IMG/VR virus record: IMGVR_UViG_3300020442_003949
Coordinates: 27,013 to 91,012 of that record
DNA from: a virus
Direction: 5' to 3' (one strand)
DNA: 64,000 nucleotides
The translations under genes were made by a program, and so were the position numbers. Positions 47,847 through 56,956 of this stretch are shown piece after piece (position 1 is the stretch's first letter; each line of letters opens with the position of its first letter). Below the pieces are notes generated by a model, which did not search any database, was not told where the DNA came from, and saw only the letters and a list, made by a program, of their open reading frames with translations.

Positions 47847-50116
47847 TAGTTTCCTCCTCCCATTTGTGAATAAAATCCTAACTGCCTAAAAAACGGATCA
47901 TCTTTCGCTGATTCTATCACATCAGTTTTTTCTTGATTTCTTATTCTAATTAATTTCAATGTTTGTGTAAATTTTCCATCAGAAAAACTGTTCATTACTT
48001 GCACTACTTGATATACTCCGCTAAATGCACTAGGAGAATATGTACCATCTTGATAAAAATCCATAAACCCAGATGGATCATTATCTGCATCTGCTGTATG
48101 AGGATAATCTAAAGGTGTCCTAAAATTTAATAAAATATGAACTTCTCCATCATGAGCATTCATTGTTCCGTCTGCATTTAAATTAATTGTGTTTTTATTT
48201 GGTTTTGCAATATAATTTCCAAATCCACTATCAATGATATAATACGGATCTCCCCAAATTACTAAAGAAGTATTAATCAAATCAACTGTGCTGTTTAAAA
48301 TAGCATCATTAAAATCTCTTGCAACACTGTTGGCAACTTTATCTAAAGGACCTCCTCCGATTGACCCGGTACCTGGTTTAGCTGCTTCTTCTGCTACGTT
48401 ATTACCAGATTTTGATCCACTAGCTCCGCCTGCATTAGGTATAGCTTTTGGAACAATTTCTTCTCCTGCCCGTCTACTTGCATTTGCATCTAATGTACCT
48501 ATCTTATTTTTACCTGCAAACGGAGTGCTTGCTAAGAAAAATGCCCTGTTAAAAGATATGTCAAAATCAATTACATCATTATTTTTTCCAGTGTATATAT
48601 AATTATATTCTTTTACACATTGTTTTTTTAATGCTTCTATCTTGCTAACTGCTGTTACTGGATTGTATCTACTTACATGTGTTTTATAAGGTAATACCTT
48701 ATAAACATAAATTTTTGGATCTTTTCCGCTCTGTAACACTTGCTCAGGATCATCTAAATTATAAACCTCTAAATCAATTTTAAACCAAGATATCATTCCA
48801 TTTTCGTCAGGTTTTTTATCAGATATTTCTCTACCATACGCACTTAATAATATTACCTCTTCTATTATATCTTGGATATTTGTTCCTGTTTTAAAAGTTA
48901 AAGTCGATAAATTGTCACTTACTTGTATCTGTCTACGTTCAAAAATTCCATCTTTATCATCGAGTTCAACAAATCTTGGACGACTAAACGGCTTTTTCGT
49001 ACCATCTAAATAATTATCAACTATCTTAGACCTACCTATATCATTATTTGTCTGTTTTTTATCAGCAAAATCTCTTGCAATTTCGCCTAAATAACTTCTA
49101 CGAACCATTACACCTAATACAGTTTTTTCTATATCTTCTAATTCTGCATCAAACCAACCAGGTTTACTTGTTTTTTCACTTATAGATTGTTTAAATAATT
49201 GATTCTTTGTAACTAGAGTGTTGCCCCTTAAACTAAATTGTCCTGCACCAAAATTAGCCATTAAATTTGTACTATCAAAAATTTTTTCGCCCGAATCTTC
49301 AGGAAATGCTATTACAAATTCGTCTGGTGTTTTTACTTCTTTCCTACGTCTTCTTTCTTGCTCTCTAGAATTTAGCACAGTAGATAAACTGTACAATCCA
49401 GTTTGTAACATTTCTTTAACTGTACTTCCTACTAATTTAATGTCTGCCTTAATAGATTGAACTTGATCAGTTGCTGCTTGTTCTACCCAAGGTATTGCTT
49501 CAACATCATATACACAACCTGCTTCTGTAACATTAAATGTTACATTTACAAGTTTCATCGGCCACATTCTTCTTAAATGCTTTTTTTCTAAATAATTACC
49601 ATCGTCATCCCAACCTTTAAATTCTACAGTTAACAAATAGGGCATTTCTAAATAATTCGATGCAGGACCTGCTGCTTCTAAAGCAGATTGCTTTAATTCT
49701 TGTAAAAATATACCCATACTGTATGGTTCGGTAACTTGAAATTTGATACGTGTAGCGTTTGTGTGCTTGGATTTTTTATTAGGTGCAATAATACTATCTA
49801 CTTCTACATTATCAATAAAATATTCAACTTGCCCTTCATTTTCTGGTTCAGTTGTTACACCATCAACACCTCCCCCGGACCTAAGAATTATAATTTTTGG
49901 ATTACTTTTCCTATATGTGTCTTCAGGATTATTAATTTCATCTATTGACAAACAACTAAATGTAAAAACATAATTATAACTTACATAATCTTCTAATTCA
50001 TTCAATAAAGGAAAATTACTACTGTTTGTTTGTGGTTTACTCACAACAGAATTATCCGCATCTGAATTTTCATTTCCGGGATCATTATTTGTAGTCGGAG
50101 TTGCATTAACTGGCAT
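47846..50116 (-). CDS. Baseplate hub protein (gp27-like / tail protein)
   Basis: F.VTEPYS, KEYNYIYTGKN.DV, IWGDPYY, FSGVYQVVQV...FSDGKFTQTL; upstream of the gp5-like gene. Confidence 0.65.
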   Translation of the reverse strand: MPVNATPTTNNDPGNENSDADNSVVSKPQTNSSNFPLLNELEDYVSYNYVFTFSCLSIDEINNPEDTYRKSNPKIIILRSGGGVDGVTTEPENEGQVEYFIDNVEVDSIIAPNKKSKHTNATRIKFQVTEPYSMGIFLQELKQSALEAAGPASNYLEMPYLLTVEFKGWDDDGNYLEKKHLRRMWPMKLVNVTFNVTEAGCVYDVEAIPWVEQAATDQVQSIKADIKLVGSTVKEMLQTGLYSLSTVLNSREQERRRRKEVKTPDEFVIAFPEDSGEKIFDSTNLMANFGAGQFSLRGNTLVTKNQLFKQSISEKTSKPGWFDAELEDIEKTVLGVMVRRSYLGEIARDFADKKQTNNDIGRSKIVDNYLDGTKKPFSRPRFVELDDKDGIFERRQIQVSDNLSTLTFKTGTNIQDIIEEVILLSAYGREISDKKPDENGMISWFKIDLEVYNLDDPEQVLQSGKDPKIYVYKVLPYKTHVSRYNPVTAVSKIEALKKQCVKEYNYIYTGKNNDVIDFDISFNRAFFLASTPFAGKNKIGTLDANASRRAGEEIVPKAIPNAGGASGSKSGNNVAEEAAKPGTGSIGGGPLDKVANSVARDFNDAILNSTVDLINTSLVIWGDPYYIIDSGFGNYIAKPNKNTINLNADGTMNAHDGEVHILLNFRTPLDYPHTADADNDPSGFMDFYQDGTYSPSAFSGVYQVVQVMNSFSDGKFTQTLKLIRIRNQEKTDVIESAKDDPFFRQLGFYSQMGGGN

Positions 50117-50118
50117 TT

Positions 50119-50421
50119 TTAAAAACCTAATATTTTTCTTAAATTTGATCCCTTAGGAATTTTTATTTCTACTCCTGCACGTAAGTCATAAACTGGATCT
50201 TGTAAAATATCCATATTTCTTTGTGCAAATACCCACCATAATCTATGATCATTGTACAAATCATAAGCTAATAAGTCTGGTCGATAAGTATATTGAGGTT
50301 CTATTGCGTATGTAACATCATCGTCTTCTGCAGGAACTGGTCTAGGAACCATAATCCCTAAATAAAAATCATTCTGCAATGGCGTGTTTGCGTATGGACT
50401 ATTGGTATTATATACTGCCAT
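50119..50421 (-). CDS. Baseplate wedge protein (gp53-like / LysM-like)
   Basis: YRPDLLAYDLY...LWWVFAQRN. Confidence 0.75.
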   Translation of the reverse strand: MAVYNTNSPYANTPLQNDFYLGIMVPRPVPAEDDDVTYAIEPQYTYRPDLLAYDLYNDHRLWWVFAQRNMDILQDPVYDLRAGVEIKIPKGSNLRKILGF

Positions 50422-51308
50422 TATCTCATTCCTTTCATATTACCCGATAGATAGTATCCTTGTACAAAATATTCTAAACTAAATTTTCTAACTTGTCTAC
50501 GACTGTACATAGGTATTAGTGTTACTGATATTGTACTTTTTGCAGGCACGTATGTACCATTTGTTCCCCCAAATGCACCGTCACCTTTATAATTTTTTAC
50601 TAAGATATAGTCTATATCATTTGCCAATTCTACATTAAAATTACTAACAACTACAGGAACATCCTTAAACACATAATCTCCATATCCATTTAATTTTATC
50701 ACAGGAGGAGGTGAACCTACATTTGGAGTATCACCATATGCCATTTTAGATACTGATCGTAAATAATGGTTTGTTGCAACCCAATAAGCACCGTCATTTT
50801 CATTTTCTACTGGAAATTCACCTGTTATTGTTATATTTTCTAAGGCACTATTTTGATATGCATAAAAAGGATAATTACTATGTATAGGTTTGATTGGAGT
50901 ATACGATGCAGTATGATTAATCATTATAGTAGGTGTTAAAGGAAATATCATTGCATTATCAGAATCTACTAATGGTTGGGTTTGCAGATTGTCGTAACCG
51001 GGAGCTAAACTTAATTTTACCCTCCAATCTAACGAATTATCTGAATTTGATCCCCATGTTGCAGACGCATTACTATCTGCTTCTGCTCCCGGCTCTCCGC
51101 CTTTTGGCAACAAAGATCCAAATTTGCGTATTTCAGCTCCAAATCCTGATTGTGATATACCAGCGTATATTGAGTCAACTCCTTTGCTCAGTCCTGCGCC
51201 TATATTCCATCCATCAGTTCCTATACCTGCGTCAAAACTTGTATTTGGAAGTGAATTAGCTGCATTAGTTGGCATTAAATTATTTTTTACAATTTGATCT
51301 GGTCCCAT
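50421..51308 (-). CDS. Baseplate/tail-tube initiator-like protein (gp48/gp54-like)
   Basis: FPLTPTI, HSNYP, GSPPPVIKLNGYGDYVFKDVPVVV; first gene of the baseplate operon. Confidence 0.6.
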   Translation of the reverse strand: MGPDQIVKNNLMPTNAANSLPNTSFDAGIGTDGWNIGAGLSKGVDSIYAGISQSGFGAEIRKFGSLLPKGGEPGAEADSNASATWGSNSDNSLDWRVKLSLAPGYDNLQTQPLVDSDNAMIFPLTPTIMINHTASYTPIKPIHSNYPFYAYQNSALENITITGEFPVENENDGAYWVATNHYLRSVSKMAYGDTPNVGSPPPVIKLNGYGDYVFKDVPVVVSNFNVELANDIDYILVKNYKGDGAFGGTNGTYVPAKSTISVTLIPMYSRRQVRKFSLEYFVQGYYLSGNMKGMR

Positions 51309-51325
51309 TCACTACTCCTTTAAAG

Positions 51326-51333
51326 TATTTATT
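51326..51333 (-). promoter_or_regulatory. Late-promoter-like AATAAATA for the baseplate operon
   Basis: TAAATA core just upstream of the AAGGAG RBS of the gene starting at 51308. Similar cores occur on the minus strand at 20572-20579, 25316-25323 and 45307-45314, and on the plus strand at 56034-56041 and 63640-63647. Confidence 0.5.
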
Positions 51334-51360
51334 GACTTTTTTAAACACGTATATTATAAT
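51332..51360 (+). promoter_or_regulatory. Sigma70-type promoter for the gp55-gp47-gp46 operon
   Basis: TTGACT (51332-51337), 17-nt spacer, TATAAT (51355-51360), then GGAG RBS and ATG 51384. Confidence 0.8.
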
Positions 51361-51383
51361 AATATTAATCATTTGGAGATTTA

Positions 51384-52166
51384 ATGAAAAGAACTAATTA
51401 CCTAAACAATAAAGACATTTTAAGTGAAATTCACAAAAGCAAAACTACATATTGCAGTTTTAGTGATCAAAAATATCATCAATTTGACATAATTCTTAAT
51501 AACATTACAGATATTAATGATCAAACAATTTTAGAAGCACAAAAAAACTTAATAAAAAGGGAATCTTTATCAACTCAACCTAAAGATATTAAAAAAAATA
51601 CTTTAATATTTAGAATTATGACATACGATCATATTCCAGATGAACCCGGCAGGAAGAAAAATCCAAAATCTATTGCTGATCGCAAAGTAAAACTTAATTT
51701 TCCTCCATTCCAACATTGGAAATTTAATGATGCCGATTCTTTAGAATGTGTAGGTAAAAGTCATTGGAAAGGAGATGTGCATCAAGGTACATTTTCTATG
51801 TCACACGGATTAGCAACTGATAAACTTGCATTAATGTGGATGAAATTGTGTGAAAGATACGCAACAAGAGGAAATGTACGTGGATATACATATAATGACG
51901 AAATGCGAGGGCAAGCAATACTACAGTTAGCACAGATCGGTTTGCAATTTGACGAATCTAAAAGTCAAAATCCGTTTGCATACTATACAGCAGCAGTTAC
52001 AAACAGTTTTGTTAGGGTAATTAATCTAGAAAAACGTAATCAAAACATCCGTGACGATATTTTGGAAATGAACAATATGAATCCTAGTTACACTAGACAA
52101 GCTAACGACGAATGGGCTGTTGCTCTAAAACGTGAAGCAGAGTTCCAAGAAAACAATACATTCTAA
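51384..52166 (+). CDS. gp55: Late-transcription sigma factor (T4 gp55-like)
   Basis: NYLNNKDIL, RGYTYNDEM, FDESKSQNPFAYYT..VTNSF.R...EK; conserved order gp55-gp47-gp46. Confidence 0.85.
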   Translation: MKRTNYLNNKDILSEIHKSKTTYCSFSDQKYHQFDIILNNITDINDQTILEAQKNLIKRESLSTQPKDIKKNTLIFRIMTYDHIPDEPGRKKNPKSIADRKVKLNFPPFQHWKFNDADSLECVGKSHWKGDVHQGTFSMSHGLATDKLALMWMKLCERYATRGNVRGYTYNDEMRGQAILQLAQIGLQFDESKSQNPFAYYTAAVTNSFVRVINLEKRNQNIRDDILEMNNMNPSYTRQANDEWAVALKREAEFQENNTF

Positions 52167-52172
52167 ATTTTT

Positions 52173-53183
52173 ATGTTTAAAAAAGCAGCAGTATTTACTG
52201 ATATACATTTTGGATTAAAAGGAAATAGTAAGATACACAACGATGACTGTGAAAACTTTATTGACTGGTTTATCAAAACTGCTCAAGAAAATAAATGCGA
52301 TGCTGGAATTTTTTGCGGAGACTGGCATCACAATCGTAACAGTTTAAATCTCACAACTATGCAGGCTACACTCCGTAGTTTAGAAAAATTAGGTGCAGCA
52401 TTTGACACTTTTTATATTTTTACAGGTAATCACGATTTATATTACAAAGATAAACGTGATGTAAGTTCTACTGACTTTGCCAGACACATCAAAGGTATAG
52501 AATTTGTAAACTCATTTACAGAAATTGACGATGTTGCCCTTGTACCTTGGTTAGTAGGGGATGAATGGAAGCTTATTGAACAGTGTAAATCTAAATACAT
52601 GTTTGGACATTTTGAATTACCGCATTTTTATATGAATGCAATGGTAAAAATGCCTGAGCATGGTGATTTACGACCTAAACATTTTAAAAATCAAGACCTT
52701 GTGTTTAGTGGTCATTTCCATAAGCGACAAAAACAAGGTAAGATACAGTATATTGGCAATGCATTTCCGCATAATTATGCAGATGCCGGCGATGATGAGC
52801 GTGGTATGATGATATTTGATCGTGAAAATAACCTCGCACCCGAATATATCAATTGGTCAGATGCACCTAAATATCGTACTACAACATTAAGTAAGCTACT
52901 AGATCCCCAAGCAAACATAATTAAACCAAATATGTATCTTAGGGTTACACTAGATTTACCAATATCGTATGAGGAAGCACAATTTATCAAAGAAACATAT
53001 ATATCACAATACAATTGTAGAGAAATTGTGCTAATTCCACAAAAACAGATTGAAGAAATATCAACAGAACTAGATATTAGCCAGTTTGAAACAGTAGATG
53101 AAATTGTTTCCAAAGAAATCAATGCTATTGACAGCGAAAACTTCAACAAAAACACACTGTTAGACATTTATAACGAATTATAA
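52173..53183 (+). CDS. gp47: Recombination endonuclease subunit (gp47 / Mre11-SbcD-like)
   Basis: Metallophosphoesterase motifs DIHFG, GDWHH, GNHD, GHFE, SGHFH. Confidence 0.93.
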   Translation: MFKKAAVFTDIHFGLKGNSKIHNDDCENFIDWFIKTAQENKCDAGIFCGDWHHNRNSLNLTTMQATLRSLEKLGAAFDTFYIFTGNHDLYYKDKRDVSSTDFARHIKGIEFVNSFTEIDDVALVPWLVGDEWKLIEQCKSKYMFGHFELPHFYMNAMVKMPEHGDLRPKHFKNQDLVFSGHFHKRQKQGKIQYIGNAFPHNYADAGDDERGMMIFDRENNLAPEYINWSDAPKYRTTTLSKLLDPQANIIKPNMYLRVTLDLPISYEEAQFIKETYISQYNCREIVLIPQKQIEEISTELDISQFETVDEIVSKEINAIDSENFNKNTLLDIYNEL

Positions 53184-54958
53184 TGCCAATTACAATTAAA
53201 GACCTTACAGTTAAAAACTTTATGAGCGTTGGTAATCAAACGCAAGCCATAGATTTTAGCAAAGAACAATTAACACTGGTTTTAGGTGAAAACTTAGATC
53301 AAGGTGGTGACGATACTGGATCTCGTAACGGAACAGGGAAAACAACTATCATAAATGCACTATCATATGCATTATATGGGCAAGCACTTACTAATATCAA
53401 GCGAAATAACTTAATTAACAAGACAAACAGTAAGGGCATGCTGGTTACATTGCATTTTGAGAAGAATAATACTGACTATAGGATAGAAAGAGGTAGATCT
53501 CCTAATGTAATGAAGTTTTATATCAATAATCAAGAGCAAGAAATCCTAGACGAAAGCCAAGGAGACAGTAGGAAGACACAGGAATCTATAAATGAGCTAC
53601 TAGGCATGAGTCATGACATGTTTAAGCATGTGGTTGCACTTAATACCTACACAGAACCGTTCCTTAACATGCGACAGAATGATCAAAGGATGATTATTGA
53701 ACAACTTCTAGGTATCACACTGTTATCTGAAAAGGCAGAAAGACTAAAAGAGCAAGTACGGAGTACAAAAGAAGCTATATCAGAAGAAGAAGCACGTATC
53801 AGAGCTGTTCAAACCAGTAATGAACATATACAAGAAAGTATTGATAGCTTAAAACTAAAACAATCTGCCTGGAAATCACAAAAAGAGAAAAGTATTGATA
53901 AATTACAACGTAGTATAACCGAATTAGAAGAACTTGACATTGAAAATGAACTAAATTCACATACAAAACTTGCAGATTGGGAGGCGCATAACAACGCAAT
54001 CACAGCATTAAACAAAGAACGTGCTACATTAGAAAGTGCTTTATCTCGTGCAGATAAAACCGTTGATAAAGTTAAAAAAGACATTGAGGAATTAGATAGT
54101 GCTATATGTTATGCCTGTAACCAACCATTACATGCTGACAAAAAACAGGAAATGGTAGATAAAAAGTCCAAAGAATTAGAAGATGCTATTACATATCAAA
54201 CAGAAGTTGCTAAAAAATTAGCAGATGTAGAGCAAGGATTAGAAGAAATTGGAGATATTAATGGTAGACCTAACACTTTTTACGATACAGTTAAAGAAGC
54301 ATACGAACATAAAGAAAATGTTGGTCAATTACGCAATACATTAGAACGTAACCTAGCAGAAACGGATCCCTACCAAGAACAAATTGAAGAATTATCACAT
54401 ACTGCACTACAAGACATTGTCTGGGATACTGTAAACACACTTACAGACTTCAAAGAGCATCAAGAATTCTTATTAAAACTGTTGACTAACAAGGATTCGT
54501 TTATTAGAAAAAAAATAATTGATCAAAACCTAGCTTATCTTAACAATAGACTTACATATTATTTAGATAAACTAGGTTTGCCACATCAAGTTACATTCCA
54601 AAACGATCTAGCAGTAGAAATTACCCAACTAGGTCAGGATTTAGACTTTGATAATCTAAGTAGAGGTGAAAGGAACAGACTAATACTTGGTATGAGCTTT
54701 GCATTCCGTGATGTATGGGAGAGCTTATATCAAAATATTAATTTATTATTCATTGACGAACTGATTGACAGTGGAATGGATACTGCAGGAGTAGAAGGCT
54801 CACTTGCTGTAATTAAAAAGATGGGCAGAGAACGAGAAAAAAATGTTTTCCTTATCAGTCATAAGGATGAATTAATTGGAAGAGTTAATCATGTACTAAA
54901 AGTTATTAAAGAAAATGGTTTTACATCTTACAGTAATGATTTAGAGGTGACAGTATGA
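53183..54958 (+). CDS. gp46: Recombination ATPase subunit (gp46 / Rad50-SbcC-like)
   Basis: Walker A NGTGKTT, coiled coil with CYAC zinc hook, LSRGE signature, LFIDE Walker B, ISH. Confidence 0.95.
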   Translation: MPITIKDLTVKNFMSVGNQTQAIDFSKEQLTLVLGENLDQGGDDTGSRNGTGKTTIINALSYALYGQALTNIKRNNLINKTNSKGMLVTLHFEKNNTDYRIERGRSPNVMKFYINNQEQEILDESQGDSRKTQESINELLGMSHDMFKHVVALNTYTEPFLNMRQNDQRMIIEQLLGITLLSEKAERLKEQVRSTKEAISEEEARIRAVQTSNEHIQESIDSLKLKQSAWKSQKEKSIDKLQRSITELEELDIENELNSHTKLADWEAHNNAITALNKERATLESALSRADKTVDKVKKDIEELDSAICYACNQPLHADKKQEMVDKKSKELEDAITYQTEVAKKLADVEQGLEEIGDINGRPNTFYDTVKEAYEHKENVGQLRNTLERNLAETDPYQEQIEELSHTALQDIVWDTVNTLTDFKEHQEFLLKLLTNKDSFIRKKIIDQNLAYLNNRLTYYLDKLGLPHQVTFQNDLAVEITQLGQDLDFDNLSRGERNRLILGMSFAFRDVWESLYQNINLLFIDELIDSGMDTAGVEGSLAVIKKMGREREKNVFLISHKDELIGRVNHVLKVIKENGFTSYSNDLEVTV

Positions 54959-55191
54959 TAGAAGACGATACTCACGACTTGCTGACCAAAGCATACTTAG
55001 AATATTTTATTGAAAATGAAAAGTTTGAACGTAAATTATCTCATAGAACTCACGCTTCAAGCCGGAGATCTTTAAGAAAGATAATTACTTTAGCAAGACA
55101 AAGACAAAAAGAAATCCACGAGAAGTATGCCATCGAAAAGCAAATCAAAAGGCAAAGGGTTCGAGAGAGAAATAGCAAAGCATCTCTCTGA
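54955..55191 (+). CDS. Small basic protein, possibly Hc1 (histone H1-like) family-related
   Basis: ENEKF...SRRSLRKIITLARQRQKEI resembles the Hc1-type helical hairpin; ATGA overlap with gp46. Confidence 0.45.
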   Translation: MIEDDTHDLLTKAYLEYFIENEKFERKLSHRTHASSRRSLRKIITLARQRQKEIHEKYAIEKQIKRQRVRERNSKASL

Positions 55192-55642
55192 AATGTATAA
55201 TAATTCATTTACAAGGGTTCCAGACAGTGGTGCTTTCACTGGTGGTAAGAACAATTACCGACGAGAAACACTCACAGAAGGACAGGTTAGAGCCCATAAA
55301 GGAGATATTATACCTCCTGACCATTGGAAATACTTTAATGCAGAGTGTAAAAACTATGCAGGATTTCCCTTCCATCAATTACTCACTAAAGGCCCCATAC
55401 CACAACTTGAAAACTGGCTACAACAAACACTTGAGGCAGCAGACCAAGGCGATGTAAACATCCTCTTTATGAAATTTGACCGCATAGGCAAATATATCGC
55501 ATACCAATTACCACAAAACTTCAAAACCAACAGGCACTTAGACTACACAGACAAGGCTAACAACACTTGGAGACTTACAGGTTACAATGACTTTTTTGAA
55601 TTAAACAAAGAAGCATTCGAAACTTGTTGTACAGGCGCTTAA
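55127..55642 (+). CDS. Holliday-junction-resolvase-like PD-(D/E)XK nuclease (Hjc type)
   Basis: KGKGFERE...SGA...GDII...AECKNY (E...D...ExK). Confidence 0.75.
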   Translation: MPSKSKSKGKGFEREIAKHLSEMYNNSFTRVPDSGAFTGGKNNYRRETLTEGQVRAHKGDIIPPDHWKYFNAECKNYAGFPFHQLLTKGPIPQLENWLQQTLEAADQGDVNILFMKFDRIGKYIAYQLPQNFKTNRHLDYTDKANNTWRLTGYNDFFELNKEAFETCCTGA

Positions 55643-55649
55643 GGCTATA

Positions 55650-55950
55650 TACGAGACATTGTTTGATTAGGGTTGCCTAATCCATCTTGAGGTGTTGTTT
55701 ATACACAACACCGGATACTGGTGTGTCTCACTCACGATAACCCCTAAAAACCTCTAGCACTAGGAACGAAGCAGAGGATAGTGTAAGTTTAACTTACATG
55801 ATGTCGGTGTAGGTAAGGGAAAGGCAGGAGCCCTTGGGGTCGTACAAAACACCTACTTCATAGTCACGGCAAATGCAACTCACATGAAACATTTTTTAAA
55901 AGACTTGGAACCTTTTACAGGTTCCGTCTGACCAAAACAATCTACATGAA
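55650..55950 (+). ncRNA. Putative large structured non-coding RNA (or structured origin element); family unassigned
   Basis: No credible gene and visibly GC-richer than its flanks. At least nine complementary helices, including a predicted pseudoknot (see findings). Strand inferred from flanking transcription and G-U pairs. Confidence 0.6.
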
Positions 55951-55988
55951 CCATTTATTAATTCTAAATTATTAATGCTAGGAGAAAT

Positions 55989-56031
55989 GTGTTAGAGCGT
56001 AAGCGAAAACACTAATGAGCGTAGCTCATTA
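55989..56031. other. Pair of hairpins with GCG(N)AGC-type mini-loops
   Basis: GTGTT-agaGCGTAAGCgaa-AACAC (55989-56012) and TAATGAGC-GTA-GCTCATTA (56013-56031). Confidence 0.5.
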
Positions 56032-56059
56032 ATACTAAATATATAAAAGTGAGTTAAAC

Positions 56060-56956
56060 ATGCATGTATATGAGATAATAGAAGCGAATGTAGACGGTAA
56101 TACTATTAATTTGCCTAAAGGATCACAGATAGTACAAAAACCTACTTCTGAATTACCTAAAGGATCACAGATAGTACAAAAAACTGATAAACAATCTTTT
56201 AATAAAACCACACCTACTCCTATTCCTTCTGACACACCTAAACCATCTGATAATCCTGCAAATACTCCTGGTCCATTTAAGAAAGCTTTTAAAGCAACAT
56301 GGGGAGTAATGAAGAGGATCTTTACGTTTAAGTTCCAATTAATACTTAATAGTATTCTAGAAGCTGACAATTTACATAAAATTTCGAAAGAATATGCTAT
56401 GATTATGGAATTAAACAATTGTTCAGGAAAAGTTGTACCAAATCATACCGCAGAATGGCAAGGTAAAGAATATTCTAGTTTGGAACTGGTCAAGCGATTA
56501 AATCATCGTGTATACAAAATGAAAAAAGACGTAGCCCAAGGACTTGGTAGGATATTACTTGCTTCAGTTGGTGCTGATCTAATAACTCAATACAAAGACG
56601 ATCTATCTAAGGTACCGCACATAGGTAAAATTTTTAAAAGGATCCCTTTTAAAGCAACAGCAGGCGGGCAAGCTGCCAGACAAATAATGGATGAGATTGT
56701 AGAAGCTACTAACAGCGAACATATGTTTTATGCGATTGGAGATTATATGGTAGGCGATTATCTTGGTCACCTTACCTTAGAGCTATACAGTCAATGTGAT
56801 AAAACAAAAAATGAAGCTCTTACTTTCAGTGGCGTAAAATTAGATATCGGCAGTATAGGTCCAAAATCTTTAAAGCAGGACACAAGAAAACTAAAAAAGA
56901 TATACGACGAAATACTAGCTAACAGCCCAATGATAGCGGATTTGATGTCTAAATAA
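56060..56956 (+). CDS. Hypothetical protein with Pro/Thr-rich N-terminal region
   Basis: 298-aa ORF after a TAAATA motif; begins M.V.EII.E. Confidence 0.75.
   Translation: MHVYEIIEANVDGNTINLPKGSQIVQKPTSELPKGSQIVQKTDKQSFNKTTPTPIPSDTPKPSDNPANTPGPFKKAFKATWGVMKRIFTFKFQLILNSILEADNLHKISKEYAMIMELNNCSGKVVPNHTAEWQGKEYSSLELVKRLNHRVYKMKKDVAQGLGRILLASVGADLITQYKDDLSKVPHIGKIFKRIPFKATAGGQAARQIMDEIVEATNSEHMFYAIGDYMVGDYLGHLTLELYSQCDKTKNEALTFSGVKLDIGSIGPKSLKQDTRKLKKIYDEILANSPMIADLMSK
56114..56182 (+). repeat. 42-nt-period duplication (LPKGSQIVQK x2)
   Basis: cctaaaggatcacagatagtacaaaaa at 56114 and 56156. Confidence 0.9.

Noticed and set aside
55650-55950. RNase P RNA, group I intron, tRNA or tmRNA identity for the structured element
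   Set aside because: TACAAAACACCTACTT and ATAGTC superficially recall RNase P CR-V and group I P7'. The matching GAGGAAAGUCC and upstream GACUA partners are missing, no gene is interrupted, and there is no cloverleaf with a T-loop and CCA end.
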